A stretch of 64,000 nt of DNA from Lingula anatina (Eukaryota > Animalia > Brachiopoda). The notes below the pieces were generated by a model. That model was not told the DNA's origin. It did not search any database and was given only the letters and a program-made list of their open reading frames with translations. This document shows positions 26,796-38,782 of this stretch, piece by piece. Where the stretch lies: contig CM120648.1 in assembly GCA_051362555.1 (NCBI GenBank), positions 2,395,721 to 2,459,720 of the forward strand, in the 5' to 3' direction. The translations under genes and the position numbers were made by a program. The stretch's first letter is position 1. Every line of letters starts with the position of its first letter.

Positions 26796-29495
26796 AACTG
26801 GAAGATTAAAAGTTTGAATAGCATCTTCATTGGAATTATATTTACCTCAAGCTCTGCCAAGGGGGTTATATTTTCACCCCTGTTTGTCTGTCATCCACAT
26901 AACACAAAAAGTTATGGACCAATTTTGCAGAAATTTTCAGGAACTGTCGGAAGTGGGCCAAAGAGGACAATGATTAATTTTTGGTGGTGGTCTGGATCAA
27001 TAATCAATCAATTATCAATAATAATCAACAATTGCTGCCTTGGCAGAGGTCTGCACTCTCAAAGTGCTTTTCTAGTTTTGTTGTTTTCCTTTATAATTTT
27101 TTCTCAAACACTTGCATTTGTGACTTTTAACTCTCATCTGCCTGGGGCTCTGCACATTTTCTGTATTTCTACATAAGCAGTTGTATTGTTTTTTATGTCT
27201 TTAAACATTATGTAATATTATTTTATGCACTGTCATCATTTTTCAAATATTGAGACTTTCATAATGTGAATTTGAACTCTCATGGTCCTGAAACTGTAAT
27301 CTTATTGAAGGGGTGGATTGAGACCATCTTCTGGGTCTTCCGGAAGACAGTCAGGTTATTAAGTTTATATTGACTGGTATCTATTTTTTTCTGTTGGAAG
27401 ACCATCAAAATGGAGGATGGATCAACATAGATACTTTGGAATACTGTCAGAAAATATCTCTGGGTCTGCTCCTGTTATTGACTATGTTACCCGTTGTACA
27501 AGATTAAAATTCAGTGTTGACTGACAGTGCTATTATAAGCATTATTTATTATTGCATCAAAATTGACAAAATGACCTTTTTTGCATCTTTATTTTCTGTT
27601 TTTTGTCTGTACATTTGACAGCTTTGCTGCCTTGTTCAAATATTGAGACTTACATCATGTGAATTTGAACTCTCATGGTCCTGAAACTGTAATCTTATTG
27701 AAAGGGTAGATTGAGACCATCTTCTGGGACTTCCGGAAGACAGTCAGGTTATTAAGTTTATATTGCCTGGTATCTATTTTTTCTTCTGTTGGAAGACCAT
27801 CAAAATGGAGGATGGATCAAAATAGATACTTTGGAATACTGTCAGAGAATATCTCTGGGTCCGCTCATGTTATTGACCATTTTACCTGTTGTGCATGATT
27901 ATAAAATTCAGTGTTGACTGATAGTGCTATTATAAGCATTATTTATTATTGCATCAAAATTAACAAAATGACCTTTTTTGCATCTTTATTTTCTGTTTTT
28001 TGTCTGTACATTTGACAGCTTTGCTGCCTTGTTATATTTCCAGGGTAACTACGTACTCGAGAACGACGCCCTACTAGATCTACAGCGGGAAGAATACGAC
28101 GTCATCCTCGGCCTCAGTCTCACCAAGTGGATGCATCTGAACAGTGGCGATGACGGGTTAAAACGTGCATTCAAACGCATGTTCCGTCAGCTGCGTCCCG
28201 GTGGAATCCTAATCTTAGAGCCGCAGTCCTGGGCCTCTTATAAAAAGAAGAAGAAATTAACAGTGAGTAACCTTTGACCCCAGTAGTGACCTTTGACCAG
28301 AAGTGACCTGTTACTTAATATTCGCTTCCATTCAAGAACATTGTAAAATCTGAACAGTCCTTATTAATTAATATCATACACTTTGCCAGGCATTGTCAGA
28401 GGTGAAATCTGAAACATAATACATGATGAAAAAAGCAGTAATTTTTTTTCAATCAAGTGCTAGATAATGTTAAAGATGTTGACCTCCAAGAATTCAATTT
28501 CTGTCTAGAAATCTTCAGAAGGGAATGAGACAATCCAGATGAAAAGCCTTTATCCAGGAAATATATTCAGGCATGTAGCCAGCAAATTCTAAAGGGGAGT
28601 TCTTTTACTGAAAAAGTGGACCTTCTATAATGAAACTTTTGTGTACCTAGATCAAATTGTACCTAGAATGGACCTTTTTCTGACAAAAAGGGCAGTTCTT
28701 TCGAACCCCCCCTGGCTACGGGCCTGATATTTCTCCACGTCCCTTTTTAATTTGTGATATAAGATGAGTGATTTTGCTACTTATGAACTTTTGATTTTAA
28801 ATGACGTTTCAATATTATTTTCCAATGCTGTTTTCCGTACCTTCAGGAGGAGATCTACCAGGCGTTCTGCAGTATTCAGTTCAGGCCAGACCAGTTCACA
28901 GAGTATCTGCTGTCCAAGGAGGTGGGCTTCTCCAAGTGTGAACTCATCGCAGTCCCTTTTAACAAGTCTAAAGGTACATCAAGTCAGCGGAGTTCAGCTA
29001 AATTCATGATAGTCCATACATAGCTCATGACATCAAAGTCGGTTTCATGTTCATCACAGTAAATACGTATAATGCATAGTAAATACGTTGTTCATTCAAA
29101 GTTCATAGGGTGATGGCTATTGCATTGTCTTGTTTTCCAAAATATTTCATGTTCTTTGTCTCTTTATTGTTTGTGAAAAGTACATTTTATGGTATCATTT
29201 CTATTATATTTTTAAAGGGTTCAGAAGGCCACTCCAAATGTTCACCAAACCTTTACCGCCAACATCTAGTCGCCAGGTGTCAGCAGTATCTACTCCAACT
29301 CAGTTATCAGCAGTTTCCTCTCCTGCTCACCAGATGTCAGCAGTGTCTACTCCAACTCGGTTATCAGCAGTTTCCTCTCCTGCTCACCAGATGTTAGCAG
29401 TGTCTACTTCTACCAGCTCCCAGCCAAGAGGATCCCCACCGGCAGCTGATGTAGGCACAGGTGTCCCCTCTGCTGCTGCTTCTTCCAGTCAGTAA
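21011..29495 (+). CDS. MEPCE: 7SK snRNA methylphosphate capping enzyme (Bin3 family); exons 21011-21244, 21611-22578, 23640-23739, 28044-28262, 28847-28973, 29218-29495
   Basis: Motifs [37 protein letters not shown]-binding [42 protein letters not shown]...[34 protein letters not shown] and KGFRRP. GT-AG introns with compatible phases. Confidence 0.95.
23338..23646 (+). repeat. 8 x 38-bp tandem repeat that overlaps the MEPCE exon-3 splice acceptor
   Basis: Unit atcccttgactctaacagttttctctccattcacagtt starts at 23338, 23376 ... 23604. The last cag (23637-23639) is the in-frame acceptor. Confidence 0.95.
26743..26792. repeat. (TA)n microsatellite
   Basis: Direct reading. Confidence 0.95.
26842..27077 (+). 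mobile_element. Short non-autonomous Helitron/Helentron-type element nested in the larger HINE
   Basis: Subterminal IR ctctgccaagg...ccttggcagag, a short tgtttgtctgtc tract, a 3' hairpin gcact-ctcaa-agtgc and a CTAG-TT end. Confidence 0.65.
28568..28726. mobile_element. MITE with CAGG...CCTG termini and a 5-bp TSD (ATATT); related copy at 45442-45598
   Basis: TIR caggcatgtagccag / ctggctacgggcctg; atatt flanks both sides. Confidence 0.7.
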
Positions 29496-31818
29496 CTAGG
29501 GCAATTTGAGCTTGGAATAATGCTGCTAGTCTTAGACAGAACAATGCCAGTAAGATTTTAAATTTGAATAGTTTCTGGTTATAATATTTTATTTTCATAA
29601 TGACAGCAGCTCATTGATTTTGAAGGTGCTATCTGCTGTGGTATAGAATTTCAATACTTTGTGGATTTTATATGACAGAACACATAAAAAAAGGCAGTAA
29701 TATACTCAAATGTAAGAACAAGATTTTTTTTTTCACTAGAGTTAACTCCAGTGACAAACTGAATTCACCTGAAATGCAAATTTGAGAATTGTTTTAAGAG
29801 ATGTTCAAGGTACAAGCACTATGTAGCAGGGACAGCAGCTTACAGTTAATGGTATCGCATTGTCTTGACAATTGCTCCAAATACTTGAATTCAGCTGAAG
29901 AAATGGAGAGTATCAAATAGTTGTTTTGTCTGAAAATTTGCAATGATTTTTTCTAATGCAGGTGCAAGATTACACTTAATGATCAATGAGGCAGAGTATG
30001 CATTTTGTTATAATACTAGTAATTTGTAGATTTTTGTAGATTTTTTTTCTTTTAAGTCAACCAAAACCACAGTCCATTGATCTCAAAGCAAAAAGGTGGA
30101 AGCAGATTTAAAAATGAAAAGTCTTCTTTTCATTTTTATCTTTTGGAAAAGAGCATTCACATTTGTAATGAAACAGATGCTTTAAAACATTTTTATGGTT
30201 ATGTTAAGATTATATCATTGTTGTATAATCTTTTTTATTTTTGATAAAAAAAAATAAAAGAAAGAGAAGAAAAAGATTAAAATGCAAAGATCAACACCTT
30301 GGTGCTTATAAAGCATAGATTTCTGGCCAGTGGTTTCTGTGGAGTGTTTGTCTTCAGGCGAACATGTCCAGATTATTTGGTACAATAAACTACGTTTGTA
30401 CTGAATTTTGGACAAAATACCTTAAACTATATTTGCAGTTCACTCATAGATGCAAACATATGGTCTTTCTGAAAATGCATTTTTCTCTTTGAAGAATGGT
30501 ATTTCTATCATGTTGAAAGTATTACAATTTCTGATTCTGTATTTCTGGTCAACCATTTCCTCAGTGGAAGTTCACAGTGGCATTATTGGAAGTGATGACT
30601 ATATGATCTAGGCAGGATTTTACTGCATGTATATTTTCATTGTACATATTTTCATTGTTTCTGGATGAACGAGCAACTCCACATGTTACAGAAAATAAAA
30701 ATATTCAAAAATACCTCACTTTTCTGGTTATTTCTCAAACAAGCACTATGCATTGTAGATTAGCCAAAAAGCATTATAGGCAACGTATCAGCGCATTGTG
30801 TTAGCTGTGCCACACCTGAATCCATGATATCACACAGGTCACACCTAACACAATCTTCACTAACCTCTGCTGTGAACAAAATTAACGCGAAATACATAAC
30901 AATCTGTCTGAGCAAACACTTATAAAAATCTTAGACGACTACACTGTGTTTTCAAAGATTTAGAATTCTCCAAGTTTTGCAGTCTAAGTTAGCTCAAAAA
31001 CTAAAGAACGTAACATGAAAAAATTCCTTGCAGAAATGAACTAAGCTTGTTTCTTTTTTTATATATACAGTAACGGCATCAGGGCGGTCTCCCACGGGCT
31101 ATGACAAATAGGTGGAAAAATATATAAAGAATTAAAACAACGCACGAATAATGTTGCTGTCATCCTTCTTCCGATAATTATAAATTCGTCATTAAGATTT
31201 AAAAAGGCTGTTTCATTTTATTTCGTAAAATTAATATTTTTGTGCGTATTTTAATGTGTTAATGAAACAATAAACAAAATGAAGTTCATTGAGAAGATTT
31301 ATACATACTAGCACAATGAAAGAAAAGTTTGATCTGGGATCGAACAATCAGCAAAATCATTATTGCAATACGTTAGAGAGACCAAACTATGACGTCGACT
31401 GCAACTTTGTGACGTCGGTATACTGTGACGTAAGCCGCATTGTGACATGAACCAATCAGTGACCAGAACAGGAGAGTAGCAACCAGCGTAACTCAGAATT
31501 GCGCAATTTGCGAATCGGTGAGTAGGACACAATTTTTACTCTTATAATCGAAAAGACAAAAGGTTGTTTAAAAACTATACTTTGCCATTTTCCATGCTTT
31601 TGTTAAACTTGATTTGCTGTGTTTGGTTTGTCTTTGATTCAAAAGAAGAAAATAAACGGAAAATTCTTAATTCCAACAAATGTACGTCTGTCAGCTTCAT
31701 TTCGACCACTTATCCTAGATAGGTAATTACTTTTTAACCAATATTTCTTTTAGTAACGTAGGTATATTCTTTTTTTCAGATTTCGTATCGAGATATTTCA
31801 CAATTGTTTTCTATAATA

Positions 31819-32950
31819 ATGTTCAGTGAAAGTGGAAAAGCTGTAGTAGAAGTAGAAAGTGGTGGTAAGTATCTGTTCTGAGCCTATCCACTACACTGTC
31901 CAGAGTGAAATGCATTCCCTCATCCTTTCATTATTGCATTTATTTTTTCATCGCTCTTGTTCAAAATATTCTTGATGAGGCTTGTTGACAATAACATTTT
32001 TTCTCATTTAGACTACGGAATCATTTAAAGAAACTATATCAAATGTATTAGATTCATTCTGTCCATCATTTGGTAACCAAAATGACAGATATCTATCAAT
32101 TGGTGTGAAACATTTAGAATAAAACATCTTTTACACCCCCCATTCTTATATATTATCTTCTCTTGTTTTCCATTTTAGGGTATAATCACAGCGAGGAGGC
32201 GATGTGGGCGTGTTCTCAGTGGGCGTGTCCTCTAGACCGTCCAAGACACGCCTTCGCCCGTGTGATTGATGTGACATCTGGAACGGCGTGTGCCGGGATG
32301 TTTTGGGTCCCTATGATTGGCAGGCCGGTGTTGTGGCGCTTGGAGGATCTGCCCGGCCCTGAGGTGGCCACCAAGGTCCTCTTCCTCAACAAACTACCCC
32401 CTCATATGGCCAGGTAGGGTAAAGAATCTTCCACACATTTTCTGTCTTTTTTTCTTCTTCTTCTTTTTCCGTCAATCTACTTATCCAATTTTCAAAGGCA
32501 ATAGATAGGGTCTAATTTTAAATGTCATCTTAGTCATACAAATCACATATTGGCCAGTGGTTTCTGTGGAGGCAGAACAGCATATTTTCAAAATTTGGTA
32601 TAATTTAATTTCATGGTTTATGAGCATGAAGAGACAATAAACTTGAAAACAATTATTCGTTCTAGATGATTACGCTCATAAAGACAACTTGGAGGGCGTC
32701 AACATCGGCAAGAAAAGAAAATCCTTTTTGAAAAGATTCAAGAAAAGGATCGTTAAAGCATTGCCAAGATGCTTTAAGCAGGTAAGAATATTAAGTATTG
32801 AAACATTGACAGTTTTTATCTTATGGTAAATGAAAACAATCTTCTTATTCACTTCCTCTAATTTTCATGAAAATATTCCAATCTTTATTAATATATCAAA
32901 TGATTTATTTTATTTATTTATTTTGTTCACAGTGCTTCACCAGATCGTAA
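31819..32950 (+). CDS. Putative small multi-exon orphan gene (candidate exons 31819-31864, 32179-32413, 32666-32781, 32933 onward)
   Basis: GC-richer blocks bounded by polypyrimidine-AG acceptors and GT donors (gtaagt, gtaggg, gtaaga), with a downstream AATAATAAA near 33355. No recognisable domain. Confidence 0.35.
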
Positions 32951-33447
32951 AAACGAACTCAGGCCATCTCCTTTCGTGATCAACGGTGAAAGTGCAATAT
33001 GAGCTATTGGTCTTCCAAGACCTTGACCAGTTCAAAGGTGATGGCTGATCCAACAGCTCCGTGTCGGGGAAGTCGGTTGATGTCGGGGAAGTGAAACATG
33101 TTTTGCCAGCCGAGTCCGTGACGAGCTCTAAGACTGCAGCAAGTCACGTGAATACTTTGCTATTTTGAGTGTCATTGTCACAATGAAGACGTTCTCTAGT
33201 TCAGCGGTGCTGGCAATTGTAAATATGTATATATTAATTATAGGCCCTATTGCTCCCTGTATAAAGAAACGGACAGAACTGTTCAACTCCCAAGCAAAGT
33301 TATCATGGCTGTACATGTGTATTGTAAAAAGTGTAAATACTCTTGTTCATTGAAAATAATAAAGGGGTGTATCAAATCTTCAAATGACCTTTTTCTGATT
33401 TGTCCTCGGATAGAACACCAAGCACCGGACCCCATCGTACTAACTGT

Positions 33448-33641
33448 GGGTCGATCTATCTCCGAGGGGATTCTCCCTAAATTGCAATCAATTCAAACGG
33501 CTGAGATGGCTGTCACGCCTACTGAAGCTGCAAGGGGTAATTTTAAATTATCGTTTAGCAGGTTCAGTAGGCGTGCCAGACATCTAAGCTGCTTAAGCTG
33601 AAAGCAATTTAGTGAGAAACCCCTCGGAGATGGATTGATCC
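33448..33641. mobile_element. ~190-bp fold-back palindrome (MITE-like)
   Basis: Left arm tcgatctatctccgaggggattctccctaaattgc...cacgcctactgaa pairs with right arm ttcagtaggcgtg...gcaatttagtgagaaacccctcggagatggattga, with almost no loop. Confidence 0.7.
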
Positions 33642-34080
33642 TGTTAGATTGGTCTAGGTATGGACACCCAGTCTTAACGTCTAACGCAAGTTTCGAGCCT
33701 CACATATTTGCTTTATTTGTTTATTTTTAACGTATTTAACAGTGTTCGAAATTAAAGCAATAATATACTAGTGACCCAAGTCCGACAGCTTTTCGAACAG
33801 GTTGAAGTTAAAGCAAGCGTCACTGGAATCTTGTTATATTCAGCCAAAATGAAATAAGAAACGAAAATGTTTCCTTATGATTTAATTTAACCTCTCGGCA
33901 AACCGTGTAAGCGTGCGTCAACGCCCACGTGATCTGATGCCAACGCATTATCTCGCCACTGTGAGCTTCCATGTGCAATCCTATTAATAGTTCAATGCTT
34001 TTCTCCGTTTTTGAGTGTTTTTGTTCTAAATATTTAAAATTAAGACATTTCAGTAGGTTATATATTTACATGTTATGAAG

Positions 34081-35603
34081 TTAGCACTGAATGTTAAAAT
34101 ATTCAATATAATCTCGAAATTTCTCAAATATTTCCTCCTCATTCAACCCGTACGTCTCCAAGTCGTAATGGTGACGACCATATTTGTTTTGGGAATTTTC
34201 TTTTAAGTACTCCTTCATCTTCGCTTCAGCTTGCTCGCTGAGATCGAGCCCAAACTTATCATAAATCTGCCTCACTGTATCTATGGGCGCTCTCACAAGA
34301 TGTTCGTAGTCTATATCGACGAATCTGTGTTCTTGATCAGGGTGGTTCTTTCTGAATTCTAGGATTTCGTTCCCCGCGTGAAATACGGGGTTGTCTAGTG
34401 CGTCTCTTCCTAAAATATGAAAACAGATAACTAAAACCCAATCAGAAATCGTTGACAAGACAAGCATACGTTATTTACATTAACAGGCTCATGAAACAAA
34501 CAAACAACAAAAACTAAAACAATTTTATAATTTTAAAGGTCGGAAAAGAATCTCATCAGATTATTATTGCAAAGGTTAGCATATATCAAAAGTTAGCGTA
34601 TTTCAGAAGTAAAGAAGAGGCTTAAGAACAAGCCCCTACCTATATCTTTGGGGTCGTAGGCACAAAAGGTGAAGTGTTGCACCACTGAGCACACGGAGGC
34701 AAGCGATTTGCATGGATTGCGGTAGGTGTGGATAAACATTGCGTCCGGATACACCGCCAGGATTGCGTCCAGGTACACCCCGTGAATGGAATCTTTCAGA
34801 ATGACGTGTTGCTCATGGTCTGCTGAGTCTAATAAAAGATGTGGATGTTGAAATGCGTTTCAATGCGATTCTACCGAAAATCAAAATAACATTAAATATA
34901 TGAATATTAATTTAAATATTAATATAAATAGAATTTCTTTATGATAATACGACAAAGAGCGCATTCAGAACAGCGGACTAACAGATCCGCGGATCAGGTA
35001 TGACTAATTAATACCAGAATTTTAATGTTTGTTGAAGAATCCCATGGGGAATCTATTCAATGTCTAATCGGGAATTAAGCGGCAAGCTTTTTTAGTGGTA
35101 GCCATATTTAATCAGCGGATCTGTTAGATCTGTTTTGAATGCGATCAAAAACAACCAAAGGAAAAGGAAACAATTTGAAACGATTAAATTCTATTATGTT
35201 CTGACTCTAAATTTTGAAATGGAGAGGCGATAAAGGTGAATCCTTTTATCATGTCTATAACGACCACATTCCTACACCTACCTCTTGCTAAAAGAATAAG
35301 CTGAAGTTGCAAACGATGGAAACGATAGGCTTCCACCATCTCTTCCTTGGTTCGAGCGCGCACCCAGTCTCTGTATGGTCCAGCGTTACCGCTTATCCCC
35401 TGGTAAAACTTAAATATCCCCATATTGTCGAGCAAAGGGTGACACGCATGAGGACTCATGGCCTGGACGAAGTGAATGTTTTTAAGCAGTGGATTACCTT
35501 TGTACGTGGCATCTGAAATATTTATATATATACATGTATATATATATAATAATAAATTGAAGAACCCTCTCTTACTTCCCCCTCTCTCTCCCTCTCCCTC
35601 TCG

Positions 35604-35650
<47 letters not shown>

Positions 35651-35651
35651 G

Positions 35652-35694
<43 letters not shown>

Positions 35695-36630
35695 GGGGAA
35701 AGAGCATGAGAGATTGTTTTCAAAAACATAAAACTGGTAATCCAATTAATCCATTGCCTCGGCAAAGTCTTATTACGGTCCATACGGTCCACTGAACGCC
35801 CATAAAATAAATACATCAATTATATTACCTAGAAAGAAACTGGACATGAGAACACGCGGATCTTTCCCAGCGTTCATGGCGTCCGCGTTCTCCTCCACGG
35901 GGCACATCAACTCGTAGAAGAGTGGCGAAGTGTTCCGCGGGTCCTGGTACAGCAAGTTCTGCAGAAACGTTGTCCCCGTCCGCGCTGGCCCAATGATGAA
36001 AATAGGCTCCTTGATAGGGCACTTTAAAAACGACAATATACATGTTGAACTCCTAAGTGGTTGAAATGCTATTAATTGCGGATTCAAGTTATTGTGATTG
36101 TGTCTTGTCAAAATTGCTTTTACTGTTTAAGTGTCAGAAAAATATTGCATTTCAATAAGCAACGCGAGAATAAAGTGCATGGTTTACATAAAAACAATGA
36201 GCCATGAAAAAACATTTATGTAGCATCGTGCAGACTAAGTTCTGGGTTAATTTTAAAGCTTCGTATAGTGGTAGGTGTGGTAGCTCTAAACACTCACCTT
36301 GGTCAAATCCACAGTCGGTAGTCGTCTTGATATAGCAAGTCTGTTCTTCATTACCTCCTTCAATCTTCTTTCTATTCCCAGCCTTCCAGCCACCGAGCAG
36401 GTGTCATCTTCACGGTAGCATTTCAACAGTTGAATGCACCCCTGGTACCACCAGCGCCCAGTAAGACTGTCGGACAACAGCAGACGCCGGTCGTTAAGAG
36501 ACAGATCTCGGAGCAGGCTGTCCTCTGTGAGCGGCGTAAAGCGACGCCCCAGGACGACATGGAGTAACCAGTCGCGAAGAACGATGGCACAGTAGCGACA
36601 GAAGATTAGAATATCGCTCAGTAGAGCCAT
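34081..36630 (-). CDS. Sulfotransferase (Sulfotransfer_3-like, bacterial type), copy 1; exons 36630-36298, 36021-35829, 35512-35282, 34828-34640, 34409-34081 (424 aa)
   Basis: 5'-PSB loop PIFIIGPARTGTTFLQNLL, LKDSIHG.YLDAILAVYPDAMFIHTYRNP...S (3'-PB), YEHLVRAP, and C-terminal KYGRHHYDLETYGL. Four GT-AG introns with phases 0,1,1,1. Confidence 0.88.
34957..35146. mobile_element. Harbinger-like MITE in sulfotransferase intron 3; also at 42311-42489, ~47084-47358, ~50846-51124 and 55778-55931
   Basis: Long TIR gcgcattcagaac...aacagatccgcggat / atccgcggatctgttag...gttctgaatgcg with an AAA flank on both sides. Empty site in copy 2 (~38302). Confidence 0.7.
35580..35692. repeat. (CT)n/(GT)n compound microsatellite in sulfotransferase intron 2; homologous tracts in the other copies
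   Basis: Direct reading; similar tracts at about 38710, 42915, 47765, 51525 and 56340. Confidence 0.9.
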
Positions 36631-37552
36631 GGTTTACACTCACTATGGTCATATATACCTCTTATATATTTTTGCTGTTACTGAAGGTAAAAACTCAGGT
36701 AACCGCCCTTACAAGTGGGAACGCGATGACTGAGTGAACTGTTGAACTATCATTTTAGCAACTGAAAGCTTCTTACCTCACACGCCTTATTTAATATTTA
36801 TAAACTCTCGCCTCCGTTTTCTTACATAGTTGTATGGACTACTTTTTTTCAGTGAACCGGTTTTTCAATAGTGTCTACCAGGCCATACTGCGACTTGTAT
36901 TTCATACATTTACGTAATAGATCTGCATAGTGTTCTTTCATAAATGTGCATTCACCCGTGTGTATAGGTGGATGGAGGTGGAGGGTTGTTAAAATATACT
37001 GGAAGGAGTAGTACGAGAATTTGTTCAGATTGAAAACACCAGGCTGGGACAGAGGCGAGGGGGGCGGGGTGCTCGGTTTTTGAAATCTAAAATATCTTAA
37101 CGTGCCTACACTGATAACACACCTTACGACTGCCACATACAGGGTCGGATCTAGGATTGTTTAAAACAGAACCTTGTCTCCTTGGTGTGGGGACAATTTC
37201 ACATCGTACAACGTACTTATTTTGAATTTGCTTTGAAATCAGTGGCGTTACATTTTGAAGTCAAGAAATATGAAGAAGAAAATCTGCCAAATCACGTTAC
37301 AGGCCGCATGCGCGAGGCTCGAGTTGTGTTTGATAGCCGTGAAAGTTTTTCAGGAGTTTCGAAATCATGAATGACGGTGACACCCTGCACTTTTGAGGTT
37401 AAAACTTGTCTCTTTGCTGATTCAATTAATGTATATTGAAAGAAGTACCCATAAGAAATGTAAAGTGGGCCCAAACGCTGCAAAATCTAATTCCTCGCGT
37501 ACAATGTTTCTAATTAAGACATATCAGTAGTTTATATTATTCTGTTATGAAG

Positions 37553-38748
37553 TTAGCACTGAATGTTAAAATATTCAATATAATCTCGAAATTTCTCAAA
37601 TATTTCCTCCTCCTTCAACCCGTACGTCTCCAAGTCGTAATGGTGACGGCCATATTTATTTTGGGGATTTTCTTTTATATACTCCTTCATCTTCGCTTCA
37701 GCTTGCTCGCTGAGATCGAGCCCAAACTTATCATAAATCTGTCGCACCGTATCCATGGGCGATCTAACTAGAAGTTCGTAGTCAATATCGACGAATCTGT
37801 GTTCTTGATGAGGGTGGTTCTTTCTGAATTCTAGGATTTCGTTCCCCGCGTGAAACAGGGGATTGTCTAGGACGTCTCTTCCTAAAATATGAACACAGAC
37901 AACTAAAACGCAATCAGAAATCATTAACAGATTATTAAAGTTAGCATATTTTAGAAGTAAAGATCAGGCTTAAGGACACGCCCCTACCTATATCTTTGAG
38001 GGCGTAGGCACAAGATGTGAGTTGCTGGAGTATTGAGCACACAGAGGCGAGCGATTTGCATGGATTGCGGTAGGTGTGAATGAACATTGCGTCCGGATAC
38101 ACCGCCAGGATTGCGTCCAGGTACAGCCCATGCATGGAATCTTTTAGAATGACGTGTTGGTCATGGCTTGCTGAGTCTAATAAAAGATGCTGAAGTTGAA
38201 ATTATTTTCAAAGCGATTTTGCTCAAAAATCAAAGTAATTTTAAATATTAATATAAAGTTAAATATAAATATGCATAGAATTTCTTTATATCAATACGAC
38301 AAAAGAAATCCAAGGAAAATTAGTTCATTAAATTCTATAATGTTCTGAAACTAAAATTTGAAAAGTAAATCCTTCATATTTTCATTTATTTGTTTATTTA
38401 TTTTTGTCTATAACGACCACATTCCTACACCTACTTCTCGCTAAAAGAATGAGCTGAAGTTGCAAACGATGGAAACGATAGGCTTCCACCATCTCTTCCT
38501 TGGTTCGAGCGCGCACCCAGTCTCTATATGGCCCAGTGTTACTGCTTACCCCTTGGTAAAACTTAAATATTCCCATATTGTTGAACAAATGGAGACACTC
38601 GTGAGGACTCTTGGCCTGGACGTAGTGATGGTTTTTAAGCAGTCGCTTACGTCTGTATGCGGGATCTGAATTTTAAAGAAATAAATAATTTGAGCAGTGT
38701 CTTTCCCCTCCTCCTCTCTCTCCCTCTCTGTCTGTCTCTCTTTCTCTC

Positions 38749-38782
<34 letters not shown>

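Larger units (their letters stand above)
24030..28033 (+). mobile_element. ~4-kb Helentron-type HINE in a MEPCE intron, with ~165-bp internal tandem repeats and a duplicated ~390-bp 3' end
   Basis: Same hairpin head, (GTC/GCC)n microsatellite and 3' terminus as the 4261 element. The terminus occurs twice (about 27600-27637 and 27995-28033). Confidence 0.75.

Noticed and set aside
35476-35819. ORFs with THTH/ERER/CVCV runs (also near 47600, 56300 and 62400)
   Set aside because: They are translations of dinucleotide microsatellites.
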